The notes below the pieces were generated by a model. It saw only the letters and a program-made list of their open reading frames with translations. It did no database searches and had not been told where the DNA came from. Below, piece by piece: positions 1-10,700 of a stretch of 37,711 bases of DNA. Position 1 is the first letter of the stretch, and the number at the start of each line of letters is the position of its first letter. The stretch covers positions 1 through 37,711 of the forward strand of contig JAEYYS010000114.1 in the NCBI GenBank assembly GCA_023428335.1, read 5' to 3'. The position numbers were made by a program, and so were the translations under genes. Source of the DNA: Verrucomicrobiota bacterium. GTDB lineage: Bacteria; Verrucomicrobiota; Verrucomicrobiia; Verrucomicrobiales; Verrucomicrobiaceae.

Positions 1-89
1 ACAACAAAGGCGCTGCATACACCGCGTGGGTTCAGCCCACTCACGACTCCACCTCCTTCTCCAGCCGTGTATCAGCTTGGGCGTTGATC
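1..89 (+). other. attC-like integron recombination site, cut by the window edge
   Basis: CAAC(2-5) AAAGGC GCTGCATAC ... GTATCAGC TTGGGC GTTGATC(83-89). The outer AAC/GTT pair and the inner boxes pair with one extra base, as in attC. The left spacer is 6 nt rather than the usual 5. Confidence 0.4.
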
Positions 90-227
90 CGACCTGCCGG
101 GCTCGATGAAGTCCCGAAGTGTCCTTCGGCGTTTCAGGAAATCTCCCGCCCCGCTCTGGGGTGGTGGCTACGCGCTGGACTCAGGGCGAGCAGGCTGCGC
201 CATGCCCGTGGTCGGGGAGGCACGCAA

Positions 228-293
228 AGTACTCCAGGGCTTTAGCCCGCGAACGGTTGGCCGCGTCGGGACGGGCTGAAGCCCGGGAGTACT
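228..293. repeat. REP-like inverted doublet
   Basis: AGTACTCCAGGGCTTTAGCCCG (228-249) and CGGGCTGAAGCCCGGGAGTACT (272-293) are 22-bp inverted arms with 2 mismatches. Each arm has an internal GGGCT-N2-AGCCC palindrome. Confidence 0.75.
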
Positions 294-407
294 CTGACCC
301 CCTTTCTGCGGTGCCATTCTGAGGAGTGGGCCTCCCCAATCCCGCGTTCGGGCGAACGCGCTTACGGGCTGAAGAGCGGGTCATTGCCCCGCACTACAGA
401 GGGCGCC

Positions 408-1388
408 TCAGCCGAAGTCTTCGAGATACTGGCGGACGATTTCGGCGAGTGGGGGTGGTGAGGGCAGGCCGAGGGCGGCGGCGCGGGCGCCGTTGACGGC
501 TTGGGGCCAGTTGTCGACGATGCCCTGGATGCGGGGATCGAAGGCGTCGGTGATCGGGCCGAGGGTGAGGCCGCGTTCGGCGGCGACTTCCTGCAGGACG
601 GTCTCGGCGAGGGCGGGGGTGACGGTGTGGGCGGGCAGGACGAAGGCGCGGTCGCTGCCGAGCCGCTCGGCGGGCAGTTCGTGCAGGGCGATGAAGGATT
701 CCACCACCGTGCGGTAACCGGTCATGGGGTGGCGCTGGTCGCGGCGGATGGGCAGGTGGCAGGCTTCGCCGCGCAGGGGTTCGCGGAACATGCCGCTGGC
801 CCAGGAGGAGGCGGCGGCGTTGGGCTGGCCGGGGCGGATGATGACGGTGGGCAGGCGCACGCTGCGGCCGTCGAAGTGGCCCTTGCGGCTGTGGTCGTTG
901 ACGAGGAGTTCGCAGATGGCCTTGGTCATGCCGTAGGTGGTCTGCGGGGTGTGCTTGGTGCGGTCGTCGTTGAGGTCCTGCATGCCTTCGCCGCCGAAGC
1001 AGGCGATGCTGCTGGCGAAGACGACGCGCGGCCGGCCGGCGGCGGCGCGGGCGGCTTCGAAGACGTGGCGGCCGCCGTCGAGGTTGACGCGCAGGGCGTC
1101 GTCGAAGCGTTCTTCGCACTCGCCGCTGACCATGGAGGCGAGGTGGAAGATGGCGGTGTCGGCGCGGTCGCCAACGGCGGTGAAGACGGTGTCGCGGTCG
1201 GCGATGTCACCGACGACCTCGTGCACGCGCGGGTCGTCGAAGTGGCGGTGGAAGCCGGCATCGAGCAGGGTGAGGCGTTCGATGGGTTCGGGGCCGCCGG
1301 AGGGGCCGGTGAGCTGGCCGAGGTGGAGCAGGCGCTGGCAGAGGCGGGAGCCGAGGAAGCCGCCGCCGCCGGTGATGAGGACGTTCAT
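408..1388 (-). CDS. denD: NAD-dependent epimerase/dehydratase, D-erythronate dehydrogenase-like
   Basis: N-terminal TGGGGFLG Rossmann motif, YGMTK catalytic YxxxK, and RLPTVIIRPGQPNAAASS..REPL typical of DenD-like SDRs. Substrate is not certain. Confidence 0.75.
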   Translation of the reverse strand: MNVLITGGGGFLGSRLCQRLLHLGQLTGPSGGPEPIERLTLLDAGFHRHFDDPRVHEVVGDIADRDTVFTAVGDRADTAIFHLASMVSGECEERFDDALRVNLDGGRHVFEAARAAAGRPRVVFASSIACFGGEGMQDLNDDRTKHTPQTTYGMTKAICELLVNDHSRKGHFDGRSVRLPTVIIRPGQPNAAASSWASGMFREPLRGEACHLPIRRDQRHPMTGYRTVVESFIALHELPAERLGSDRAFVLPAHTVTPALAETVLQEVAAERGLTLGPITDAFDPRIQGIVDNWPQAVNGARAAALGLPSPPPLAEIVRQYLEDFG

Positions 1389-1448
1389 GCCGCGGTTATA
1401 GAGTCGCCGGGCGCGGTGGCAAGGCGGAAGTGCGGGTGGCCGGGCCGG

Positions 1449-2858
1449 TCAGGCCTCGCGCAGCAGGATGGCGTCGACGTTGACGCCCTCGTAAAGGGCG
1501 TCGCTGAGGATGACCAGGGGTTCGCCCGGCTTGACGTGGCCCTCGCGCATGAGCAGGGCGACGGCGTCGCGGATGGAGCCCTCGGGATCGCCCTCGGTGA
1601 AGGGCAGGACGAAGGGCTGGACGCCGCGGGCGCTGACGAGGGTGCGGCTGACGTGGCGGTGCGGGGTGAAGGCGAAGATGGGGGCGGACTCGGGGCGCTG
1701 GTGGGCGAGCAGGTGGGCCATGACGCCGCGCAGGGTGAAGACGAGCAGGCGGCTGCCGGGGATGCTGTTGGCGAGCAGGATGGCGGCCTTGACGGTCTTG
1801 TGCTTGTTGGTCTTCAGCGGGGCGTCGGAGGCGAAGCGGCCGGAGGGATATTTTTTCTCGATGCGGCGGATGACGGTGTCGAGCACCTCGACGCACTTGG
1901 CGGGGTAGCGGCCGACGCTGGTTTCGCCGCTGAGCATGACGCAGTCGACCTGCTCGATGACGGCGTTGAAGATGTCGGTGACCTCGGCGCGGGTGGGCAC
2001 CGGGTTTTCGATCATGCTTTCGAGCATCTGGGTGGCGACGATGACCTTGCGGCCGTGGTAGGAGCAGCGCTCGACGATGTGGCGCTGGATGATGGGCAGT
2101 TCCTCGATGGGGCACTCGCTGCCGAGGTCGCCGCGGGCGACCATGATGCCGGCGCTGGCCTCGACGAGGGTATCGATGTTTTCCAGGGCCTGCTGGTTTT
2201 CGATCTTGGCGATGACGCGGGCCTTGCTGCCCTTTTGATCGAGCAGGAGCTGGAGGTGCTGGAGGTGGCCGGGCTCGCGGGCGAAGCTGAGGGCGAAGTA
2301 GTCGGCGCCGAGTTCGATGCCGAGGTCGAGGTCGGCGTAGTCCTTCTGGGTGAGCGGCGGCAGGCGCACGGGGATGCCGGGCAGGTTGATGTGGCGGCGG
2401 GATTTCATTTCGCCGCGGGTGAGGACGGTGCCGAGCACGCGCTTGGGCCCGGTCTCGGTGGCGCGGATCTGGATCATGCCGCCGTCGACCATGATGATGT
2501 CGCCGGGGCGCAGGTCCTTGCCGAGTTCGGGGTAGTTGACGGTGACGGAGAGCGGCAGGCTGGCGGTGACCTCGGGCCGGCAGCGGAATTCGACGGCGTC
2601 GCCGGGCTGCAGTTGCCAGGGCTGCTCGAGGTCGCCGGTGCGGATGCTCGGGCCGGTGAGGTCCATGAGGATGGCGATTTCCTTGGAGCCGGCGGCGGCG
2701 GCCTCGCGGATGCGGCCGTGCACGGTGCGCACCCAGTCGTGCGAGGCATGGCTCATGTTGAGGCGGAAGATGTCGGCGCCCTTGGCGATGAGTTCGGCGA
2801 TGGCTTCGGCGGATTCGGTGGCGGGTCCGAGGGTGCAGAGGATCTTGGTTTTGCGCAT
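1449..2858 (-). CDS. pyk: pyruvate kinase
   Basis: MRKTKILCTLGPAT, FRLNMSH, IAKIEN, IMVARGDLG, ATQMLESM..NPVPTRAEVTD, VMLSGETSVGRYP. Start placed at MRKTK (alternative 2867). Confidence 0.97.
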   Translation of the reverse strand: MRKTKILCTLGPATESAEAIAELIAKGADIFRLNMSHASHDWVRTVHGRIREAAAAGSKEIAILMDLTGPSIRTGDLEQPWQLQPGDAVEFRCRPEVTASLPLSVTVNYPELGKDLRPGDIIMVDGGMIQIRATETGPKRVLGTVLTRGEMKSRRHINLPGIPVRLPPLTQKDYADLDLGIELGADYFALSFAREPGHLQHLQLLLDQKGSKARVIAKIENQQALENIDTLVEASAGIMVARGDLGSECPIEELPIIQRHIVERCSYHGRKVIVATQMLESMIENPVPTRAEVTDIFNAVIEQVDCVMLSGETSVGRYPAKCVEVLDTVIRRIEKKYPSGRFASDAPLKTNKHKTVKAAILLANSIPGSRLLVFTLRGVMAHLLAHQRPESAPIFAFTPHRHVSRTLVSARGVQPFVLPFTEGDPEGSIRDAVALLMREGHVKPGEPLVILSDALYEGVNVDAILLREA

Positions 2859-2998
2859 CGCAGGCATGGTGGGGACGGCGGCGGGGGATTCAAGCGCCAA
2901 TGGCGGAATCAGCAGGCGGCGTGCCGGTGGCGGTATTTTGCGCCCATTGATGCTGTGCCATTGCATTAACCCCTGGCTGAGCTATAGCGAAAATTCTC

Positions 2999-3775
2999 AT
3001 GCTGCGCTTCCTTGGCAGACACGCACTTTCCTCGGTCCACGGCCTGGGCGGTTTTGCCCTGTTCGTGGCGCGCGCCTTTGCCGCCGTCCCGGGGGCGCGC
3101 AAGTTGTTCCATCGCCTGATGCGCGCCGGCCATGAGCAGGGCGTGCGCTGCCTGCCGGTCATCCTCATTGTCGGTCTCTTCACCGGCCTGGTGCTCGGCC
3201 TGCAGGGTTATCATGTGCTCAACCGCTTCGGCTCAGAGGGCCTGCTCGGCACGCTGGTGTCGCTGACCCTGGTGCGCGAACTCGGGCCGGTGCTGGCGGC
3301 GCTCATGCTGGTCGGCCAGGCCGGCTCGGCGCTGGCGGCGGAACTCGGCATCCAGCGCAACAGCGAGCAGATCGCCGCGCTCGACACGATGGGCGTCAAC
3401 AGCCACGCCTATTTGGTGTCGCCGCGCCTGCTCGCCGCGCTGTTCGCCTTTCCGATGCAGACGGCGCTGTTTGTCTGCGTCGGTCTTTTTGGTGGTGCCC
3501 TCTCCGGCTCCCTGCTGCTCGGCCTGTCGCCCGGCGTGTACTGGTCGGCCGTCGAGCGTGCGCTGGAGCCGCGCGACATGGCGGAGTGCTTCACCAAGGC
3601 GGGCGTGTTTGGCCTGCTGACGATTTCCCTGTGCGCCTACCACGGCTTTCACACCCACCGCCTGCGCGGGGTCACCGGCGCGCGCGCGGTCAGCACCGCC
3701 ACCACGCGCGCCGTGGTGCAGTCGAGCATCCTCGTGCTCTGCGCCGACTACGTCATCACCTCCTTCTTCGTCTGA
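2999..3775 (+). CDS. mlaE: MlaE-family ABC permease
   Basis: LVRELGPVLAALMLVGQAGSALAAELG..EQIAAL..MGV..YLVSPR and VSTATTRAVVQS; first gene of the mla cluster. Confidence 0.93.
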   Translation: MLRFLGRHALSSVHGLGGFALFVARAFAAVPGARKLFHRLMRAGHEQGVRCLPVILIVGLFTGLVLGLQGYHVLNRFGSEGLLGTLVSLTLVRELGPVLAALMLVGQAGSALAAELGIQRNSEQIAALDTMGVNSHAYLVSPRLLAALFAFPMQTALFVCVGLFGGALSGSLLLGLSPGVYWSAVERALEPRDMAECFTKAGVFGLLTISLCAYHGFHTHRLRGVTGARAVSTATTRAVVQSSILVLCADYVITSFFV

Positions 3776-3777
3776 CC

Positions 3778-4566
3778 ATGCCCGACCTCCTGCTGCGTGC
3801 CGAAGGCGTCCACAAGCGCTTTGGCGATCTCGTGGTCCTGGCCGGCGCCGACCTCGAGGTGACGCGCGGCAGCATCGTCACCGTGCTCGGCCGCAGCGGC
3901 ACCGGCAAGTCGGTCTTCCTCAAGTGCCTGGCCGGCGTGCTGGCGCCCGAGGCCGGCCGCGTCTGTTTTGACGGTCAGACGCTCGATGCCGCGACCCGCG
4001 CCAGCTTCCGCCGCCGCTGCGGCTACCTGTTTCAAAGCAACGCCCTGTTCGACTCGCTGACCGCCCTGGAAAACGTCGCCCTGCCGCTCGAGCAGTCCAC
4101 CGACCTGCCGGATCGCGAGGTGCGCGAGCGCGCCCTGGAGGCGCTGCAGCAGCTCGGGCTGGAGGCGCATCGCGACCGCCACCCCGGCGAGCTTTCCGGC
4201 GGCATGCAGAAGCGCCTGGCCCTGGCGCGCGCCATTGTCAGCCGGCCGGAGCTGGTGCTGTTTGACGAGCCCACCGCCGGGCTCGATCCGCTGCGCCGGA
4301 ATGACGTCTTCACCATGATCGCCAAGTACCAGCGCCAGTTCGGCTTCACCGCGGTGATCGTCACCCATGACGTCGCCGAGGCCCTGGTGGTGAGCGACCG
4401 CGTGGCCCTGCTTGACAATGGGCGCATGCGGTTTGAGGGAACGCCCGGTGATTTTTCCGCCTCTGCCGACCCGGTCGTGCGGGGCTTTCGCGACAGCGCC
4501 GCCGCCCTCGGCGACACCGTCTCGGCCCTGCGCCGCGGCGAGCCAGCCCCTTCCGAAGACCCATGA
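3778..4566 (+). CDS. mlaF: MlaF-type ABC ATPase
   Basis: Walker A GRSGTGKS, signature LSGGMQKRLALARA, DEPTAGLDP. ATG at 3778 lies just after the mlaE stop. Confidence 0.92.
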   Translation: MPDLLLRAEGVHKRFGDLVVLAGADLEVTRGSIVTVLGRSGTGKSVFLKCLAGVLAPEAGRVCFDGQTLDAATRASFRRRCGYLFQSNALFDSLTALENVALPLEQSTDLPDREVRERALEALQQLGLEAHRDRHPGELSGGMQKRLALARAIVSRPELVLFDEPTAGLDPLRRNDVFTMIAKYQRQFGFTAVIVTHDVAEALVVSDRVALLDNGRMRFEGTPGDFSASADPVVRGFRDSAAALGDTVSALRRGEPAPSEDP

Positions 4567-5027
4567 AACTGCCTCAACTGGAACTTTTCGTCGGCACCTT
4601 CGTGCTTGCCGGCCTGGTCGCCGTCGCCTGGCTGACGGTGAAGCTGGGGGGACGCAACTTTGTCGGGGGCGACACCTATGCGATCGAAGCCCGTTTTGAC
4701 AACGCCGGCGGCCTCAATGCCGGTGCCAATGTCGTGGTTGCCGGTGTGCCGGTCGGCCGCGTCGAGGCGATCCGCGTCGATGAGACCGACTTCAGTGCCA
4801 TCGCCACCTTGCGCGTGCTCGCCGGCCTGAAACTGCCTTCCGATTCCATGGCCTCGATCAAGACCTCCGGCCTGATCGGCGACAAGTTTGTGGCGCTTTC
4901 CCCCGGGGCTGAGGAGGCCTTTCTTGAGCCCGGCGCCCGCATCACGCTGACCGAATCCTCGGTTGATCTTGAGTCGCTCATCGGGAAAATGGCCTTTGGC
5001 AGTCTCGACAAAGAACCCGCTCCATGA
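4563..5027 (+). CDS. mlaD: MlaD (MCE domain) protein
   Basis: N-terminal TM helix, FDNAGGL..GANVVVAGVPVGRV, IKTSGLIGDKFVALSPG; ATGA overlap with mlaF. Confidence 0.95.
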   Translation: MKLPQLELFVGTFVLAGLVAVAWLTVKLGGRNFVGGDTYAIEARFDNAGGLNAGANVVVAGVPVGRVEAIRVDETDFSAIATLRVLAGLKLPSDSMASIKTSGLIGDKFVALSPGAEEAFLEPGARITLTESSVDLESLIGKMAFGSLDKEPAP

Positions 5028-5608
5028 CCTCCCGTCGCTCCCTCCTCCTGTTGGCCGCCGCCTTTGGCCTGACCGCACCCGCCGGTGCCTCGCCCGCCGA
5101 AGCGGAAAAACGCCTGCGCACAGCGGTCGACGAAGTTCTCGGCGTGGCCGATCGCGCGGCCGACGGCGCCGCCCTGAGTTCGCGCGTGCGGCCGGTGCTC
5201 GAGCGCCACGTCAGTTTTGAAACGATGACGCGCCGGGCGGTCGGCTTCGGCTGGCGCCAGTTCAGCAGCGAGCAGCAGCGCCAGGCCGTGCGGCTGTTCA
5301 CCACCGTGGTCATCCGCAGTTACACCGACAAGTTCACCCCGGGTGAGCGCCCCGCCATCACCTGGCAGCCGGCGGTGACACCTGCCAGCGGCCGTGTCGA
5401 TGTGCCGACGCGCATGGTCTATGCTGGCAGCCACTACAATGTCACCTACCGCATGGAAGACGTCGGTGGCTGGCGCATTGCCGACGTGGTCATCGAAGGG
5501 GTGAGCCTCGTCGCCAACTACCGCTCCCAGCTCGACGCCACCTTTAAGAAGGGCGGTGCTGCCGCCGTCCTGCAGTCGCTCGAACAGTCCATCTCCCGAC
5601 GCCCATGA
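5024..5608 (+). CDS. mlaC: MlaC/Ttg2D periplasmic phospholipid shuttle
   Basis: Signal peptide and C-terminal WRIADVVIEGVSLVANYRSQ motif; ATGA-coupled to mlaD. Confidence 0.92.
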   Translation: MTSRRSLLLLAAAFGLTAPAGASPAEAEKRLRTAVDEVLGVADRAADGAALSSRVRPVLERHVSFETMTRRAVGFGWRQFSSEQQRQAVRLFTTVVIRSYTDKFTPGERPAITWQPAVTPASGRVDVPTRMVYAGSHYNVTYRMEDVGGWRIADVVIEGVSLVANYRSQLDATFKKGGAAAVLQSLEQSISRRP

Positions 5609-6354
5609 AAGCCGTGCTCCTGACCCGCCTGCTGCTTCCCACCGCGCTGCTCGCCCTGGCGAGCTGTGCCACCGCTCCCGCCGGTTCCGGCGCTGACGCC
5701 ACCGGTGATGATGCCCTCGACGACTACGCCGCCGCGGACGCGGTGGCCGACCCGCTGGAGCCGGTCAACCGCGCCATTTTCCGTTTCAACGACGTCGTCT
5801 ATGATTTCGTCATGCGGCCGATTGCCAAGGGCTACGAATGGGTGGCGCCGAAGCCCCTGCGCATGGCGCTCGACAACGGTTTCGACAACGTCAAGTACCC
5901 GGTGCGCCTGACCAACAGCCTGCTGCAGGGCAAGTTCGACCGCGCCGGGCTCGAGACCGAGAAGTTTCTGGTCAACAGCCTCGCCGGTTTCGGCGGCCTG
6001 ATCCGCCAGTCGGACCGTGTGCCGCGGCTCGCCAATCTGCCGGCCGAGGACAGCGGTCAGACCCTCGCCGTGTGGGGGATCCCGCAGGGGCCCTATCTGG
6101 TCCTGCCCGTGCTCGGCCCGAGCAGCGTGCGCGAGGCCTTCGGCTATGCCGGCGATTACGTGATGAATCCGGTCAACTGGGGCATGTTCCAGCATCGCGA
6201 CTCGCTGCAGTACATCCCGCCGTCGACGAATACCCTGCGGGCCCTGCCGGAGCAGTTGCGGACCTATGATGCCGCACGCAAGGATGCCATCGACCCCTAC
6301 CTGTCGGTGCGCAGCACCTTCCTGCAGAACCGCGATGCCGCGGCGCGCGAGTAG
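5605..6354 (+). CDS. mlaA: MlaA/VacJ outer-membrane lipoprotein
   Basis: Lipobox LASC, DPLEPVNRAIFRFND, EDSGQTLAVWGIPQGPYLVLPVLGPSSVRE, DPYLSVRSTFLQNR. Confidence 0.95.
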   Translation: MKAVLLTRLLLPTALLALASCATAPAGSGADATGDDALDDYAAADAVADPLEPVNRAIFRFNDVVYDFVMRPIAKGYEWVAPKPLRMALDNGFDNVKYPVRLTNSLLQGKFDRAGLETEKFLVNSLAGFGGLIRQSDRVPRLANLPAEDSGQTLAVWGIPQGPYLVLPVLGPSSVREAFGYAGDYVMNPVNWGMFQHRDSLQYIPPSTNTLRALPEQLRTYDAARKDAIDPYLSVRSTFLQNRDAAARE

Positions 6355-6508
6355 AGGTTCGGGGCTTTGACGGTGTGCGCCGCTTTTTTGTGCGGCGTGG
6401 CATTCGGCATGCTTTGCCAGCGGGCGACCGCTCCAGACGTTGCGTCCGGATCGGTTGACCCGTGAGACGGCGCCGTGGGCGTGCGTGCACGGGGATGAAC
6501 CCCCTGCC

Positions 6509-7513
6509 ATGCTCTCATCCTCAGTTGTCACCGTGCAGCCCGTGGCTTTTGCCCGTCGGTCTGCTGACCTGCGTCGCCGTCTCGGTCTGAGTCAGCACGT
6601 GTTGGCGCGCTGGCTTGGTATCAGTGCCGGCCAGCTCGCCGACCTTGAGCGCGGTCGCCGAGTGCCAGCCGCGCGTTTGATCCGTGTTTTGGAGCAACTG
6701 GAAAACGAAGCCGCCATGTCCCGCCTATTTTTGTCCGCCGCCGCACCTGTCGCTCCTGAGCCATCTGGTCTGCCACTGCCGCCCGAGGTGCAGGCAGTGC
6801 TCGACCGGGCCAAACCGCCGGCCGCCGTCCCGTCGCCCGTCCTGCCCGGGCCGCCCGCGGATCTCGCCAAACGGGTGCGCGCCCTGCGCGAACGGCTCGG
6901 CGTCACACGCCCCAAACTCGCTGCCATGCTCGGCGTTTGTCGCCAGTATGTGGGCAAGGTCGAGAACGGCCGGCGTGCCTCGCAGCCCTTCATCAAGCTG
7001 GTCGAGAAGATGGAGGCGGAACTGCTCGGTCCGCCGCCGGCGGAGAAGCCGGTGGAGAAACCGGCGGCGCCGGCGCGGGTGTGGTCGGCCGATGGCGGCG
7101 CGGCTTTGCCACGGATGGCGTATCTGCCGCTGCTGACCCAGCGCGATGCGCTGTTGCTCGCGCATCCCGGGCAGGCGGCCCGATATGCGCGCGAGCAGGT
7201 GCCGTTTGGCGTGCGCGACGAGGCGGCCTTCGCCGTGCGCGTGCGCGGCGACGCCATGCTGCCGCAGCATGGCGACGGCGAAATCGCCGTGGTTTATCCG
7301 GGGGTTGTGCCGCGCAGTGGCGACCGCGTGCTGGTGCGTGTGCATGACGACGTATGCGGCGAGGTGTTGTTCCGGGTGCTCGGCGCGGCCGGACCGGGTG
7401 GGCGGGTGACGTTGTCGAGCCCGAATCCGGTGTATCCGGCGCTGACGCTGGAGCGCGCGCAGATCCTCTGGATGTGTCCGGTGGCGGCGACCGTGCGTCT
7501 GCTTTTGGAGTAA
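6509..7513 (+). CDS. transcriptional regulator with two XRE-type HTH domains and a C-terminal S24/LexA-like domain
   Basis: HTH1 LRRRLGLSQHVLARWLGIS..LERG; HTH2 LRERLGVTRPKLAAMLGV..VENG; S24-like FAVRVRGDAMLP..GEIAVV and LSSPNPVYP. Start uncertain (6440 or 6509). Confidence 0.8.
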   Translation: MLSSSVVTVQPVAFARRSADLRRRLGLSQHVLARWLGISAGQLADLERGRRVPAARLIRVLEQLENEAAMSRLFLSAAAPVAPEPSGLPLPPEVQAVLDRAKPPAAVPSPVLPGPPADLAKRVRALRERLGVTRPKLAAMLGVCRQYVGKVENGRRASQPFIKLVEKMEAELLGPPPAEKPVEKPAAPARVWSADGGAALPRMAYLPLLTQRDALLLAHPGQAARYAREQVPFGVRDEAAFAVRVRGDAMLPQHGDGEIAVVYPGVVPRSGDRVLVRVHDDVCGEVLFRVLGAAGPGGRVTLSSPNPVYPALTLERAQILWMCPVAATVRLLLE

Positions 7514-7710
7514 GCCTGGCGCGCGGGGGAAAAGTTTTTTTCCGGATCACGCACGTCTTGCGGACTGACTGTCAATGCTAACACGCCTGTTGTTAGGTCG
7601 TGCGGGCGGTGTGACGCGACATTTCGGCCGGAGTGGCATCCGCGCTGCTTTGTGCAGTGGCAGCCGGTGCTGCGTGCTCGCTCGCCCGGCTTTCGCAAGC
7701 CCCCACCCCC

Positions 7711-10700
7711 ATGATTCTTTTGAAGTTCCCGCTCCGGCCGGCTCTCGCGCTGCTGGCACCCTGCCTGCTCCAGGCTCAGACCCTCACCTGGGATGCCAGC
7801 ACCGGTTCCGCCGGCGTGCAAAACGGCTCCGGCACCTGGAATCTCACCAACAGCAACTGGTGGGACGGCTCCGCCAACGTTTCCTGGGTGAACGGCGCGG
7901 AGGCGATCGCCCAATTTGGCACGCCGACACCGGTCAGCGGCAACGCCGTCTCTATCGAGCAGGACATTCAGCTCAAGGAACTGCGTTTTCTGAGTGTCAC
8001 GGCCGCGAGCATCGCTTCGGGGCAGCAGTTCTCCCTCAATGGCAACGCCGCCGGCCGAGTCATCGATTTTGGCGCCAACGGCCTGATTCAGATGGCCGAT
8101 CTGTCCTCGGGGGGTTCGCAGTTCGTTTCACTCGGTGCCAACCTCAGCCTCAAGGGCTCGGATCTGCGCCTGCAGAAGTTCGGCGCCGGCACGGCCTTTC
8201 AGTTCCTCACGCTCGGCATGGCGGCGAATCCGCAACTGACTGGCGCCTTCACGATCGGCGGCAGCATTTATGCCACGGTCAACAATCCCAACACCCTGCA
8301 GGCGGTCGACCGCATTGTCGTTGAAGCGGGTGGCTCGGCGGCGCTCGGGGGAGCGAATGCCCACTACACCCAGCCCTTCCATCTGGCGGGTTTCGGCAAC
8401 AGTCTGACAGGCACAAGCACCGCTTACGGCGCGATCCGCTTCACCACTGCCAATACGCGAATCTCCGGTCCCGTGACGCTGACGGCCGACGCCGGTGTGC
8501 ACACGAATTTGAGCGGCGCCAACGGCCTGAGCGGCATGGTCATCAGTGGCGCCATCGCCGACGGTGGTGCCGGGTATGCCTTCCACCGTTTTGCCCTCGG
8601 TCGCGGCAACGGCACGCTCACGTTTGCCGGGGCGAACACTTATGGCGGCACCACCGTTCTGGGTCGGGCCCAGACCGGTTACTCGGGGGGCATCACGATC
8701 CTCGACTTCACCGCGGCCACCGCGCCACAGGACGACATCCTCTACCAGGGATTGGCGACGCCCGGTGCCCTGCAACTCATCGGTGGCAACTCGGCCAGCG
8801 TGCTGCGGCTGACCGGTGGCGACGGCCAGACGCACCGGCAGCACTTCGGTGACGTGTCGGTGAGCGGCACGCACAGTGTCATTGAACTGCAGGCCGGATC
8901 CGCTGGCGAGATGCATCTGAGTGCGGGTGCCATCTCGCGCTCCGGCAATGCCACTCTGACGGTCGGCGGACCGGCGGCGGGCGCATTCACGACGACGCAG
9001 GCCGACGGCTTTCTGGGTCCATGGCTCAGCTACCAGACGGCAGCCGGCGCGCGCAGTTGGGCGCGGGTTCAAGGCGGCGTGCTTGGGGCCGGATTTGCCG
9101 GCGAGGTCGAGCTCGCCACGGGTGGCCTGCTTGACGCGGCTCCCTATGCCGGGGCGCATGTTGGTCTGACTTCCACCTCGGTCGGTGAGGTGTCGCAGGG
9201 TGCGGCGGTGGCGGATGTGCAGACCCTGTCGATGAATGACGACCGCCTCGACCGCCAGGTGCCGATTGGCTTGGATCGCCTTCTGCGCTTTGGCAGCACC
9301 GGCGGGGTGCAGATCGTCGCCGGGGCGCGCAGCCTGACGCTGGGCATGACCGATGCCGTCAGCATTGTCACTGCCGGCGGTGCGACGACAAACACGCCCG
9401 GCCAACTTTTCCTCAGCAACCATTCCGACAGTTCGGTGCTGACGGTTCACTCGCGCATCGCCAACAACGGCACCGGTGGCGTGGTCAGCCTGCTGGTCAA
9501 CGGCGCGCCGGGTTCGCGCACGGTGCTCACGGCCGGCAACACCCACACCGGCGGCACTGTCATCGCATCCGGGCTGCTGGAAATCCGCAATGCCGCGGCG
9601 CTGGGCAGCACCGGCACGGTGACGGTGGTTGACGGCGCCACGCTGGCCTTCTCCGGCGGGCTGACCGTGACGCGCACGCTCACTGCGGTCGGCGGTTTTG
9701 GCGACGGTGGACTCGGCGGCTTGCGCAGTCTGGCGGATGTGAATGTGCTGGCGGCCCAGGTCACGCAGGCGGCGCCGACATTCCTGACGGCGGATGCCGG
9801 TGCGGTGCTGCGCCTTGAACGTGCGGCGGCGACCGACATCGTGCTGGCGGGAGGTTACACCGCGACCTTTGGCGGTGAGGGCACAGTTGAAGTGAACAGC
9901 CGCATCTCGATCAGTTCCTCCGGCTTGGTCAAAACCGGCAACGGCCTGTTGGTGCTGGCGGGCGACAACAACTTCACCGGCGCCGTCACCATCAGCCAGG
10001 GGGCGTTGCGCGTGCAGCATGCCAATGCGTTGGGGGTCAACGGCAGCAGTTTCAGTTCGACCACCGTGTCGGCGGGCGGTGCCCTCGAACTCGCCGGTGG
10101 CATCACCCTGGCCGCAGAGCCGGTCACCCTGGCCAGCACGGGCATGAACCTCGCGGGTGGCATCCGCAACGTCGACGGCGACAACACGACCACCGGTGTC
10201 ATCACGCTCAACGCCACCACCGTGCGCATCCACTCCGATGCCGGCCTGCTGACATTGGGCGGCACCGGCAATGCTACGCTGCACAGCACCAGCAGCGCGC
10301 GCACCCTCATCTTCGGCGGCGCCGGCGACATCCTCGTCGCCCGGCCGCTGGCGCGCACGGGCAGCGGCGCCTTCACCGTCACCAAGGATGGCAACGGCAG
10401 CCTGACCCTGGCCGCCGCCGTCGCCAACAGCGCGACCGCCGTCAATGCCGGGTTGATGAAGCTCGATTTTGCCGGCAGCGCCAGTCCGATTACGCAGATC
10501 CTCAATGGCACCGCCTCGCTCAGTCTTGGCGGTGGCCGGCTGCTGCTGAGCGGCCGTGCCGACACGGCCAACAGTCAGACGACCGGCACCCTGACGGTGG
10601 GCGGCAGTTTTTCAGAGCTCGACTTCGAAACGAATGGCGCCACCAGCCTGAGCCTGACCGTGGGCGATGTGGCGCGCAGTTGGAGCGGCATTGTTTCGGT

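Noticed and set aside
501..2969. 822-aa plus-strand ORF, and similar long ORFs at 8128-10284, 17112-18803, 18719-20920, 22197-24431 and 26117-27982
   Set aside because: These are antisense shadows of well-supported genes, expected from high-GC codon bias, and have no recognisable motifs.
2999..6354. mla operon lacking mlaB
   Set aside because: Absence of the STAS subunit from mla clusters is common outside enterobacteria, so it is not notable.
6376..6399. Hairpin after mlaA as an intrinsic terminator
   Set aside because: The T-run lies in the loop rather than after the stem, so support is insufficient.
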